DNA from: Lama guanicoe
Lineage: Eukaryota
NCBI GenBank assembly: GCA_013239625.1
Contig: MU053376.1
Coordinates: 1,846,507 to 1,908,506 of the forward strand
Direction of reading: 5' to 3'
Length of the DNA stretch: 62,000 bases
In this document: piece by piece, positions 46,880 to 58,149 of the stretch
Numbering within the stretch: the stretch's first letter is position 1
Layout: the number at the start of each line of letters is the position of its first letter
Translations under genes and position numbers: made by a program
Notes under the pieces: model-generated
What the model was told of the DNA's origin: nothing
Databases searched by the model: none
Seen by the model: only the letters and a program-made list of their open reading frames with translations

Positions 46880-47310
46880 AATGGCTTCCCATTGTTTTTG
46901 GGAAAAATTCCATTCTTCTTCATACTATTTGCAGTGCTCTCCAGGGCTTGACCCCTACCTCTCTTCTTTTTAATCAGTTTCATCTTTTTTTCACCCTCTC
47001 ACTTAAACTTTATGCTTCGGCTACTCTGAATTTCTTAGATTATGTCAATTCCTAGCATGTGGCTTCCTCTCTCTTGCCTCTGGGCCTTTGAACATGCTGT
47101 TTCCTCTGGACTGGAGTACTTTCCCTGCCGTCGTCCTCTGGCTTACTCTGATTTTCCAAGCCCTCTGGGAGCCCCTCGTGGAGCTCCTAGACCAGGTTAG
47201 GTTGATCTACTGTGTGTTCCCTCAGCACCCTCTTTTCCCCTGATTCTGGGCTCATCACACTGCAATTACTTTATAGTCTTTCTCTGGTACATTGGCTTCC
47301 TTGGGAAGGT
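46880..47310 (+). mobile_element. L2 3' region
   Basis: aatggcttcccattg...cttgcctctgggcctttgaacatgctgtttcctctggactggagtactttcc...agaccaggttagg. Confidence 0.75.
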
Positions 47311-48287
47311 AGGCCCAGGGTCAAGAAAAAAGTTGGTTAAAATTACTAGAGTCTGATCAAAAAGACTTTGATATTAGACTGGCATTTTGCAACATTTTAA
47401 AATTTGTGAACCTTTCAGAGCAGTATGATTTTGTAGTGTAATGTAGTAGTATAAAGGAACCCCCTCAGAAATTTAAAAAAATAATGTCAGTTTTATAAAC
47501 TGTGATAAGGAATTTAGGTAAAATGTTTTCTTTTACATCACATTTTTAAAATTGTAGTGTACAGTTTATTCTAACAGCGACTTAAAATTTCATAGCCTCC
47601 ATTGTAAATATAAAGATAATTTTTCTTTTCTCATTTAACAAATGATGCACTATTTATTTAAATAAATTATGAGAGCATGTGATTTGTCAAAATAAAATTA
47701 AAAATAAAATGTTGTGCTTAATTTGGGAGCAACTTCATTAAAATGTAGTTGGAAATTTGATGACTTGCTAACATAGTTTTTTAAAAAAAGAGAACCCTGA
47801 TTTCTAGACCTAATGTTCGGAATTTTTGTATTTTGCACTCTAAAAGTGTAATTTTAATGTTTCTTCTTAAATGTAATTTTAATTTCAAAATGTAATTTTA
47901 TAAGTTTAATTTCTAAATAGTGAGATACCACAGATGGTTTTAGCTACATATCTTCCGGGGAATAACACATTGTAAGTATGGAATGGCTTTCTTCCAACAA
48001 TTAAAAAGCCAGAGGGTTATGGTTATTCCTATGTCTGTGTCTTTAACATTGGATTAATCAGATTGAATCAGATGCATGTTACATAGTGACCTGGTAAAGA
48101 TCATCTTGGTCTGAACTGGATGGCTTGATACTGTTCTTACGCTTCTAACTGACAACTGCACTTCATCATAGTGTTCTTAGGCTTGTTGTTTTTAACTTAG
48201 AGTCTGCTATGGTTATAAATTTTATGATATGTGGCAGAGAATTAAAACACTGGAAAACTATAGAATGTGCAAAATCACCTTGGCTTA

Positions 48288-48492
48288 AGTGGAGGCTGCA
48301 GGGGTTTGCGGGGAGAATGGGGAGTTGGTATTTAATGCTTGTAAAGTTTCAGTTGGGAAAGATGAGAAAGTTCTGGAGGTAGATGGTGGTGATGGTTGCA
48401 CAACAGTGTGAATGTACTTAATGCCACAGAACTGTACACTTAAATATGGTTCAAATGCTAAATTTTGTGTTGTGTATATTTTACCACAGTAA
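48288..48492 (+). mobile_element. L1MB-like 3' end
   Basis: gaatggggagttggtatttaatg...aaagttctggaggtagatggtggtgatggttgcacaacagtgtgaatgtacttaatgcc. TSD core AAAATCACCT at 48271-48280 and 48493-48502. Confidence 0.88.
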
Positions 48493-49717
48493 AAAATCAC
48501 CTCTGCCTAGTTCATGATGTTTGACTCGTGGCCACTAAACATTGTACACGCTCCTGTGATATACAGAGGTTCTAAGTTATCCAATGGTAAAAGGAAAATT
48601 GGGAAAACCATTAGATGATTGACTTTTTAAAAAATGAAGTAGCTGCCATGACTGCCGTGAGTCATGCAAAGACCCTGGAAGACGTGTCAACTGTTTGGGA
48701 TCCACAGTCTCCTGCTGGGTCGACAGCCTTAGAAAACATAAGTGGAAGTATTAGCGACCAGGGTTTGAATCCTGTTCAGGATACATAACTATTACAGTGT
48801 GTCCCATGATGCTAGGTCACCAGTCCATGTTTCCAGAGTGAACAGGCTATTGCTGCTTCCTTCCTCATCCTGAAAAGAGCAGAAGATGCAGGTAACACTG
48901 GAGATGAGGATGTGAAGGAGAGACACTGAAACCATGACCTTGCTTTGTGTGCCGCTCATGCCTTGGATTTGCCATTGGGCCTCGCTCATCAGCGACAAGG
49001 GGAAGGTCCTGTGCTCTCCACTTTCCCCGGGGCCACTTGCTGAATGACACTGCTGGGTGTTGCTGCGGGTGGGCTGGAGGGACAGGGACAGGAATTTTCC
49101 TGGTAGCTTGTGTGTCACTGGGGCTCACAGGGGCCCTTTTAAATCTTCTCACTGCCCTCTGTGAGTCTGTGACCCTGGTTATTACATATTCAGACGTGTC
49201 AGCTTATTTGAAAGTGACACTTTTATTTTCTATTTAATTATTACCGAAGACCACCACCCTTTTTTGTTTGCGGGATGCTAGCAGACTCTGACATCTAACT
49301 TATGGCAGCAGTATTGAAAAAATATTATAGTGGGAAGGGGTGGTTAGGAAAACCTTGCCATTTCTTCAGACTTGGGAAACTTGTCTTTGTGCTCTTTGGC
49401 CAATCCTGGGCAATTAAAACTTTTGTTCTAGTAAAGTTTCCTCCTAAAGTTTCATTAATTATGAGAAATGCCCTGTGAGCATTACACTCTAAACTCTTTT
49501 GTGTCTATCATAAATAATGGGGCAAAACCACTTGTCAAAATATAGCAGAGCTGATTAGATAATACATCTCTCCTTTTGGTTTTTGTTTTAATTTTTAAAG
49601 GAATAGCTACTGCTTTCTTACAAAATAAGAATGCTCATTAAAAAAATCCAAGCAAAACTGAAAAGTGAAGAAGTCAGCAATAAACTGTCCGTTTCCATTA
49701 CACCGTAAGAGCTCTAT

Positions 49718-51355
49718 GTTCATTCATTCAATGAGTATTCATTGAGTGCTTACTATGTCTTAGGGACTGGGGTACCAGAGGTCAGTAGTGAACAAAAGCA
49801 AAGTCTGTGCTATTGGTGGGGCTTATGTTCTGGTGGGAGGATAAGACGATAAACAAATACCTCAATAGATTTATGTGTCATAAAGAAAAATAAAATGGGA
49901 TAAGGGGATAGAGAGTGTCAAAGGCTTTTTCAAATGGAGTGGCCACGAACGTTGCTCTGAGAAGGCAACATATGGGCAAAGAATTGAGTGAAGTGAGGGA
50001 GCTAACCATGTGAATGTAGGGGAAAGTGTGCTTCAAGACTAAGGAAAGCATGTGCAAAGGCCCTGAGGCGGGAGCACGCTTGGCATGTTCTGTGAACGGA
50101 GAGGCCAATGTGGCTGGAAACCAGTGAGTAAGGTGAACATAACAGAGAGACTGGAGAGATAGCAGGGGCTTGGCCATGTAAGGCTTTAGAAAGCCTTCAG
50201 CCTTTTTCTCCAGTGTGAAGCTGCTGGAGGATGATAGGCAGGGAATAGATTACAGGGGAATAAAGGTGGAAGCAGCAGGAACAGTTAGGAAGCTACCTCA
50301 GTAACTCAGAACAAAGTGATGCTGAGTCAGACTGAGCTGGGAATGGTAGAGGATATAAGAAGTAGTTTGATTCTGGTTGAATTTGGAAGGTAGAGCTAAC
50401 AGGGTTTGCTCATGAGTTAGATTGGAAATTTGAGAGAGAGGAGAATCAATAGTAACTCTTCAGTTTTTTTGGCCTGGCAGGTCAATGGTGGTGCCATTAC
50501 TGAGACAGGGAACATAGGGATCAGGGTGAGTATCAAGAACTCAGGTTTGGGCATGTTGGGTTCTAAGTGCCTGTTAGCCATCCAAGAGGACATCTTAAGT
50601 CACTTATAGGAGGCAGGGGTTCAGGGTCAGGTCCAGACTGGAGATACAGATTTGGCGATCACCAGGCACAGAACCGGAAGAGATCTACTAAGAAGCAAGT
50701 AGAGATGGAAAAGAGGTCCTAGCCTGAGCCCTGGGGTGTCAGCAGTTGGAGGCTGGGAGAGAGGACGAAGGTCGAGTGTAGGAGATGGAGAATGTGTGTC
50801 CGGGGCCTATCAGGAGAGGGTGGTGTCCTGGGACCAAGGAGTGAGCCCCTCTGTCCAGTCCCGGTGGTGGTGCAGTAAGCCCATTCCTGAGAATTGGCTG
50901 TGTTTGGTGATGTGGAGGTTAATTGCAGCCCACCATGAGAGTAGAAAAAGCAAGAGCCAGGTTACAGTGGGCTCAAGAGAAGAAGGGAAGAGAGAAAATA
51001 GAGGCAGGGAGTATGAACAACCATTCTGAGTTTTATTATAAAGAGAAGGCAAGATGAAAAAGTAGCTGGGGAAGAAGGAGGAGATCAAGGAAACCCTGTT
51101 CATTTTTTAAATAAGATGAGGGGACATAGAGCATGTTTGTTTCCTTATGGGAGTGATCCAGTAGAGAGGGGGAAATGATGACGCAGAATATAAGCATGTA
51201 TTTTAGGAGCAAAGGCCTTGAGTGAGAAAGAAGGGGTGGGTTCTAGTGTGCAGGTGGAAGGATGAACCTAGGATAGGCGCTAAGACAGGGAAGACAGGGA
51301 GAGAAGGTGGGCGCAGTGGATTTGGTGCCAGGCATGTGGCCTTTCTCTTCCAGTG
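49718..51355 (-). mobile_element. Long (about 1.6 kb) L2a
   Basis: Runs from the tail gttcattcattcaatgagtattcattgagtgcttactatg through gcatgtgcaaaggccctgagg and gcctgagccctgggg to tgatccagtagagagggggaaatgatgacgcag. Confidence 0.88.
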
Positions 51356-52274
51356 TTAACATTCAGCACACAGATACAGAAGAGTGGCTGGGGAGAGCGA
51401 CATAGTTTTATAAGAATGGCATTATGCCGTATGTGCTTTAAAAATACAATCAGTTGCATTTAATTTCACTTGAATTTAATAAAAGAAAAGGAAACTGAAG
51501 TGAAAGTTAAGAAACTGGTGAGCTTCAGATAAATATTTCTTCTCCACTAAAGATCATAGTCCCATAAGTTCTCTTTAAGGTTAAGAAAATGATTATGAAA
51601 ATTGTTAGGAGGCTGAAGTCATTGCTAATATTTTTAACTACATTTTTAGCTAAATCTTCACTTGTTGGCAGACTGGCTGATTCCTGCCTGGAAGGATTAG
51701 GTTATGCATAGTCTTACCCTTCCCTGTACCTCTTTCCCATCTCCCAGTTTTTGTAGTTTATCTGGATTTTTTCCCTCAGAAATGTTTCTAACATTTATAT
51801 TCTAACCTCCCTGCTCCCATTTTGGGGGTCTTGGTGCTATATTTACCATGAGTTTTTTTTTTTTTTTAACCACAACTTCTTTGTTCCTGTGGTTTTGTTT
51901 TGATTGATCTACTGGGTGCAGGATTTCTGTTTCTCAGGAGGGGCTCACGGGTCTATGTAGGCTCTCAAGTTGGCGGATGTCTGAGCCTTTTTCACACTCG
52001 AGTGGTGACTCAGCTTGTCATAATATTCTTGGATCACAGATGTTCTCTCTTAGAATCTTTTTAGGATGTGGCTCTTCAGGCCTCCAATGTTGCTATGGAG
52101 AAATCTGAGACTCCTTGGTTTTCTCCCCAATTTTGTTAGAAATTGTGCTTTTTCTCCATTGATTCGTTTTTTGTTTTGTTTTGTTTTGAGATGCACTGCG
52201 TTTTTTTTTCTATTTTAATGAAGTATAGTTGATTTACAATGTTGTGTTAATTTCTGGTATATAGCATAGTGATT

Positions 52275-52312
52275 CATACACACACACACATACACACACA
52301 CACACATACACA
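52275..52312. repeat. (CA)n microsatellite inside the L1 3' UTR
   Basis: catacacacacacacatacacacacacacacatacaca. Confidence 0.9.
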
Positions 52313-52699
52313 TTCCTTTTCATATTCTTTTTCACTATAGGCTATTATAAGGTATTAAATATAGTTCCCTGTGCTATACAGTAGGAGCTTGTTGTTTATC
52401 TATTTTATATACAGTACTTAGTATCGACAAATCTGGAGCTCCCAAATCATCCCTCCCCACCCCTTTCCCTCCTGGTAACCATAAGTTTGTTTTCTATGTC
52501 TGCGAGTCTGTCTCTGTTTTATAAATAAGTTCATTTGTGTCCTTTTTTTTAATTTTAAGATTTCAGTATAAGTGATATCATATGACATTTTTCTTTCTCT
52601 TTCTGGGTTACTTCACTTAGTATGATGCTCTCCAGGTCCATCTATGTTGCTGCAAATGACATTATTTTATTCTTTTTTATTGCTGAGTAGTATTCCATT

Positions 52700-52758
52700 G
52701 TATGTATATGTATATATGTGTGTGCATGTATATATATACATATATACATATATATATA
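52700..52758. repeat. (TA/TG)n microsatellite inside L1
   Basis: gtatgtatatgtatatatgtgtgtgcatgtatatatatacatatatacatatatatata. Confidence 0.85.
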
Positions 52759-53439
52759 CCACAACTTCTTTATCTAGTCATCTGTCAGTGGACATTTAGG
52801 TTGCTTCCATGACTTGGCTATTGTAAATAGTATTGCTATGAATATTGGGGTGCATGTATCTTTTTAAGTTAGCATTTCCTAGAGATATATAACCAGGAGT
52901 GGGATTGCTGGATCATAGGGTAAGTTTTTTAAGTAATCTCCATACTGTTTTCCATAAAGGTTGCACCAAACTATGTTTGTACCAACAGTGTAGGAGGGTT
53001 CCCTTTTCTCCACACTCTCTTCAGCATTTATTGTTTGTAGACTCTTTAATGACCATTCTGACTGGTGTGAGGTGATACTTCATTATAGTTTTGATTTGCA
53101 TTTTTCTGGTAATTAGCCATATTGAGCGTTTTTTTTTTCCTTCATGTGCCTATTGGCCATTTTTATGTCTCCATTCTCCATTTACTTTTAAATAATTCTT
53201 TCTTTATCTTTGCAGTTCAAAAATTTAAACAGCATATGTCTTGATGTTGATTATTTTATGTACATTTCCTGGTATATAGTATCCCTTTTCTAGCTACAGA
53301 TTTAGCTTTTCCTTCTTTTTAAGGAAATCACTCTGTATTATATCTCTGGGTATTTTTTCTATTTTGTTGATCTTCTTTGCCTTTACTATGAGTCTTTTAA
53401 GCCTTTTTAAAAATATGCCATTAATTCAATTCTTGAAAA

Positions 53440-53690
53440 CCTTTAATTACAAAAAATGTCAAACATACACAAAAGAAGAGAGAATAGTGTTATGAACTTC
53501 CACATACCCATCACCCTGCTTCAAAAATCCTCAGTTCATGACCAGTCTTGTTTTATCTGTACCCCCATGCACTCCCATTCCCCTTCATCACTTTGAAGCA
53601 AATACCAGACATTATTCATCCTTGAGTATTTCAGTATTTATCTCTAAGAGATAAGAACTCCTTTTTTTTCTAACTTAACCATTAATGTTT
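53440..53690 (-). mobile_element. L1MC5-like 3' end
   Basis: tcaaacatacacaaaagaagagagaatagtgttatgaacttccacatacccatcacc...tttgaagcaaataccagacatt. Confidence 0.8.
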
Positions 53691-54114
53691 CATCTATTCT
53701 GTTTAGAATCCATTTATTAAATATCTAATGACCTTGCTTTGTTGTGTTAGATCAGCAGTTTCTCTGCTCTGAGGGTGCAGTGAGTGACTACAGTTGCTGG
53801 ACCTCAAAGTCAAGAAGACAAAACTGAGAGGACAGGCCAGGGGATTCTCCCTGATGCAGAATGGTGGCACCCTGGATTGGGCAACAGTGACAGGAGCTGC
53901 ATAGACAGGAAGTAGCCTTTGGTTCCTTGGTGTTCTCTAAATTTCTAGCATTCACATGAACCGTGGACAGAATAGGAGGGAACGTATGGTTTCTTTTCTA
54001 GCAAGAAGTGAAACTTAAGCCCTTTCTGACTTAATAATAAACATGAAGAAGGAGCTGAGTGGTTTGAAGACTGTTCTAATTCTGCCTTTGGTGGCCATGT
54101 GGTTTATTCTAGGG

Positions 54115-54287
54115 CTTTTTAAATCTATAGGACAAGACCTTCTACTAGGTCATGAAATCAAATTAGTGGACCGCAACAAGCATTTTAAAACATGTAAAAA
54201 ATATCAGAGTTTATGGCATATGTATTGTTTCATGAAACTTCTGTTTCATGTGTGAATGTGTTGGCTTGTAAAAGTTAGGAAGCCACT
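54115..54287 (+). mobile_element. MER103C-like fragment
   Basis: ggtcatgaaatcaaattagtggaccgcaacaagcatttt...aaatatcagagt...gtattgtttcatgaaacttctgtttc...gaagccact. Confidence 0.7.
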
Positions 54288-54384
54288 AATTTATTCTATT
54301 CAATTCCTGTCACTTTCTATATCTTCTTGTCTAGAAAGTTAAAGGATCAAAGAGCCTATAGGACAAATTTGAATTATGTATTTA

Positions 54385-54592
54385 ACAAAAACATATATAG
54401 TATTTACAACGTACCAGAAACTATTCTGATTACAAATATTAACTTGTAAAAACTCAAAGAGGTAGGTACTATTATGAATGAACTTTTACACATGGAGACG
54501 TTGAGGCACAGAGAAGTTAAGTAATTTGCCCAGGATCACACAGCTAGTAAGTGGTAGAGCCCACTTTAAACCCAGGTGGTTTGTTTCCAGTT
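54385..54592 (-). mobile_element. MIR
   Basis: tgaggcacagagaagttaagtaatttgcccaggatcacacagctagtaagtggtagagcc. Confidence 0.88.
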
Positions 54593-55002
54593 GTAGGCAG
54601 CTTGTTTTCCTGTTATAGTCAGGCATGTCATATACAATAGTAGTGATCACAGGTGCTATTTATTAAATACTTTCTGTGTGCCAAGCAAGCTTATAGGAAA
54701 TTGAGTGGTAACTCAGATTTTGCTCTACTCCTTCTTCAGTTGATAGCATCTCTAGGTGAGCATGAACTATTTGCTATATTTCCTTCAAGATGAAATCATA
54801 AAGGTGTTTCCCTACTCCACCCCGACACAAATACTTAAACATTCAGAGTTAAGGCAGTGAGAATGAGGGCTTTTGTCTGAAAAGTCGAGGAAATTCAGGG
54901 ATCTCTTTTGTTAACCAGTCAGTATTGCCAGCCTAGAACTACAGGATTCCAGTATGAAAGAACCAAATGGGCCTGTATCTCAGCCTAGTTAAAAAAAAAA
55001 AA

Positions 55003-55525
55003 TGTAGGAGAATGGTTTAGAGCACTGATTTTAGAATTAAGCACATCTAGGTTCAAATCCTGTCATGATCTGTAACTATCTGGGTGACCTCAGGCAATTA
55101 ATGGATCCCTCTGAACCTCGGTGGTCCCCATCTGTGAAGTGGGAGGAATAGTGGTTGAATTTTAATGGAATTTTACTAGATGCCCATAATATAGTAAACA
55201 CTTTATATATATTATCTCTTTACTCTTCACAGTCCACTAGGGTAGCTGCTGTAACAAGCTCCATTTTATAGATAAGGAAACAGACTTAGAGGGATTACGT
55301 GTCTTACTTAGGGACACAGAGCTAGCATGTGGCAGAGCTAGAATTAAAGCCAGGTCTTAGTGAATCCAAAGTCTGTGCTCTTAACCACTCTGCTTTACTG
55401 CAAACTTATCCCACTGGGATGTTTTGAGGATTAAATGAGGTAGTATACCTTTACACTTGAATGGTGACTCAACTTTCTATGTGTCACATAGAAAGTATTT
55501 ATAAATGGCATTTGTGATCACTATT
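55003..55525 (+). mobile_element. MIR (+) split by a nested antisense MIR
   Basis: 5' half 55003-55155 (ctaggttcaaatcctg...gtgacctcaggcaa...ctctgaacctcgg...catctgtgaagtggg). 3' half 55405-55525 (ttttgaggattaaatgaggta...cacatagaaagt). Confidence 0.75.
55170..55401 (-). mobile_element. Near full-length MIR
   Basis: ctccattttatagataaggaaacagacttagaggg...ggcagagctagaatt...ccaaagtctgtgctcttaaccactctgc. Confidence 0.85.
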
Positions 55526-55665
55526 GATTGTATATGACGTACCTGCTCATAATTTTTGTAGAGACCATTTACCTTCCCATAGAAAACAAACTGTAGTCAA
55601 CTAAATCAGTTCTTATAAGCAGCTAGTCACTTCACAAATAATACTGAGCTCTTGAAAAATAATTA

Positions 55666-55879
55666 AAGATATACATTACTATCTATAAAATAGATAAAAC
55701 AACAAGGACCTACTGTATAGCACAGGGAACTATACTCAATTTCCTGCAGTAAGCAGAAATGGAAAAGAAACTGAAAAAAAAAGTATGTATGTATATGTAT
55801 AACTGAATCGCTTTGCTGTACAACTGACACTAACATTGTAAATCAACTACACTTCAATAAAGAATAAGAATGAAAAATA
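55666..55879 (+). mobile_element. Young L1 3' UTR
   Basis: caacaaggacctactgtatagcacagggaactatactcaat...cattgtaaatcaactacacttcaataaa. Probable TSD AAAAATA(A/G)TTA at 55655-55665 and 56044-56054. Confidence 0.9.
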
Positions 55880-56020
55880 GGGGAGGAGGGTACAGCTCAT
55901 GGTAGATTATGTGCTTAGCATGTATGAGGTCATGGGTTCAATCCTCAGTATCTCCATTTAAAAAATCATAACAAATAAATAAATAGACCTAATTAGATTC
56001 CCTACTCCCAAAATTTTTAA
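55880..56020 (+). mobile_element. tRNA-derived SINE (Vic-1-like) inserted in the L1 A tail
   Basis: ggggaggagggtacagctcatggtaga...gaggtcatgggttcaatcctcagtatctcc (B box 55935-55944), aaataaataaatagacctaatta. Flanks aagaatgaaaaa / aagaataaaaaa. Confidence 0.88.
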
Positions 56021-56150
56021 AAGAATAAAAAAATTAAACAAACAAAAATAGTTAGGTATTGTCAGGGCTCTACTAAGCAGATACTTTATTGGAGTAAGTT
56101 TCATCAAGGAAGGGACAATCTATCCAGCATCTAGAACAGTGCCTGGCACA

Positions 56151-56665
56151 TGTATCTTAGTCTGGATTCCCTAGAAAACAGAGTTAGAGGCAAAAGCCTA
56201 CCTTTATTTGTGAGAACCATCACACGGAGGAAGGAACAAGGATAAAAGGGAAGTGAGAAAGGGAGGGAGGCAGAGACGTAAGGGACTGCTTATAGGCTGG
56301 CCACAGCTTCACGAGAGACTGATTGTTTGGTCCTGTGGGGCATCTTCAGAGAAAATACATTACAGCCACTACATCTCTGAACAGTCCACTGGGGGAAGAA
56401 GGGAAAAGATTTCATTTACTGGCTCCCATCTCCTATTAATCAGGGGTTGACATCATGGAGCTTTGACTCCTCTGTGCTTCTTCATGGCACGGCTGGTGGC
56501 TGAGCAGGGCCCTCCAAATCTCACATCTCAGCAGCAAGAGGGAAACCCTGGGGTGGGACTTGACAGGCATGCAGCACAGGTACCAAGCCAGGTGTTGTCC
56601 GGCTGGCCCACCACCAATATGAAGGACTAAAACAGCCATTGCAACTGGTCCAGCCTATCAGCGTG
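56151..56665 (-). mobile_element. ERVL-type solo LTR (LTR16/LTR33-like) inserted in an L2 tail
   Basis: Starts tgtatcttagtctggattccctagaaaacagag...tttatttgtgag...gggaagtgagaaagggagg. The L2 tail tctagaacagtgcctggcaca precedes it and resumes as ggcaggctctcaataa. Confidence 0.65.
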
Positions 56666-56714
56666 ATGCATGGCAGGCTCTCAATAATGAGAGACTCCTA
56701 ATTGTCAAAATTAA

Positions 56715-57085
56715 CAAACTCTTTGCCCTGCTATCTTCTTTAAGTGATTTGCAGTTATTGACACCTTTGTACATTTCTTTCCATTCTCAGCCTACTTTCC
56801 TATCTCCTCTTTTGCGTGCCACCTAAATAGAGGTGTCCCCAGGCTTAGGTCCACTTCTCTTTCGTTCTACATGCTCTCTATGGTCAGCTGCATTCACTTC
56901 CATGGCTAACTTCATACTCCTGTCTACTTGCTGATGGCTTCCAGATGTCTCTTTCCCGACTTGACCTCTCCTGAGAATTCCAGACTGGAGAACAAAATTG
57001 CATTTTCCACCAGGAAGTTCCACAGACACTTCAAAAGCCAAGTGCATCTCTTGATCCTGTGTAACCATCTTTGTCCCTTTTCTCA
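56715..57085 (+). mobile_element. L2 reverse transcriptase region remnant
   Basis: ggtgtccccaggcttaggtccacttctctttc (GVPQG..LGPLLF-like) and tctacttgctgatggcttccagat (YADD-like), then gacctctcctgagaattccagact. Confidence 0.7.
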
Positions 57086-57535
57086 ACAACTAACAGGTGC
57101 TTGGTCCATGCTTGTGGTACTAAAACTGAAACAATCTGCCAATACTCTATGCCAAGCTGGGTACTGCACAAAATAAAATAAATCCTCCAGAACCAGCTCT
57201 CTAGGAATTTAGGGTCAGGATTTTAATATTGATCTGTTTTTTTTTTTCCCATTCAGTTGCGCTGGAGCCTTAAGTAACATACAGTCTACCATTGTCCATT
57301 ACTATAGTAGACATGTTTACATTAACATTTAAACCTTCAACCTTTTTTGGGAGTTGATTGGTAGGGAATTCCTCGGATCTTTGACTTTCCTTGTGCTGTC
57401 CTTTGCTTTTCAAGACTCTCCCCTTGCTTTGTCCACTGTTTACAGATCCCTTTGGAACTGCATATCTGATCTGCTCATCAGGCAGGCGGACCCTCTCTTG
57501 CTTTTCTCCACCCTCCTCTTTCTCTCCACAGTCTT

Positions 57536-58035
57536 TTGTTTTTTAATCTTTTTTTTTAATTCTTATTTTTTTATTGAAGTGTAGTCGATTTACAATATTA
57601 GTTTCAGGCATACAGCAAAGCAATTCAGTTATACATATACATACATACATACATTTTTTTTCAGTTTCTTTTCCATTATGGCTCATTACAAGAAATTGAA
57701 TATAGTTCCCTGTGCTATACAGTAGGACCTTGTTATTATCTATTTTATATGTAGTAATGTGTATCTGTTACTCCCAGACTCCTAAGCTATTCCATCCCCC
57801 AACCTTATCCCCTGGTGACCACACTTTGTTTTCTATGTCCATGAGTCTGTTTCTGGTTTGTAAAGAAAATTTATGTTTTTGTTTTTTTTTAGATTCCACA
57901 TATAAGTGACATCATACGATATTTGTCTTTCTCTGTCTGACTTACTTCACTTAGTATGTTAGTCTCTAGGTCCATCTATGTTGCTACAAATGGCAATATT
58001 TCATTCTTTTTATGGCTGAGTAATACTCCATTGTG

Positions 58036-58074
<39 letters not shown>

Positions 58075-58100
58075 GATATATATTTATCTCACAACTTTTT
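57536..58100 (-). mobile_element. Young L1 3' end (camelid-type)
   Basis: tttattgaagtgtagtcgatttacaat...tatagttccctgtgctatacagtaggacc...ttctttttatggctgagtaatactccattgt. Confidence 0.92.
58036..58074. repeat. (GATA)9 tetranucleotide microsatellite inside L1
   Basis: Perfect gatagatagata... run. Confidence 0.95.
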
Positions 58101-58149
58101 TTTTTAGTTCTCCATACCCTTCTGAGTAAACCTTCAAAATATGCTCACA

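Larger units (their letters stand above)
52165..53170 (-). mobile_element. Young L1, about 1 kb of the 3' end (camelid-type)
   Basis: Antisense ORF2 C-terminus and 3' UTR (agggttcccttttctccacac, gggattgctggatca, gtggacatttaggttgcttcca). TSD core TTCTCCATT at 52152-52160 and 53174-53182. Confidence 0.94.
51700..53400 (-). mobile_element. Ancient HAL1/L1M ORF1-like remnant, split by the young L1 at 52165-53170
   Basis: aatgttgctatggagaaatctgaga... on the left and ctttatctttgcagttcaaaaatttaaacagcatatgtcttgatgttga on the right look like colinear antisense ORF1. Confidence 0.5.
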
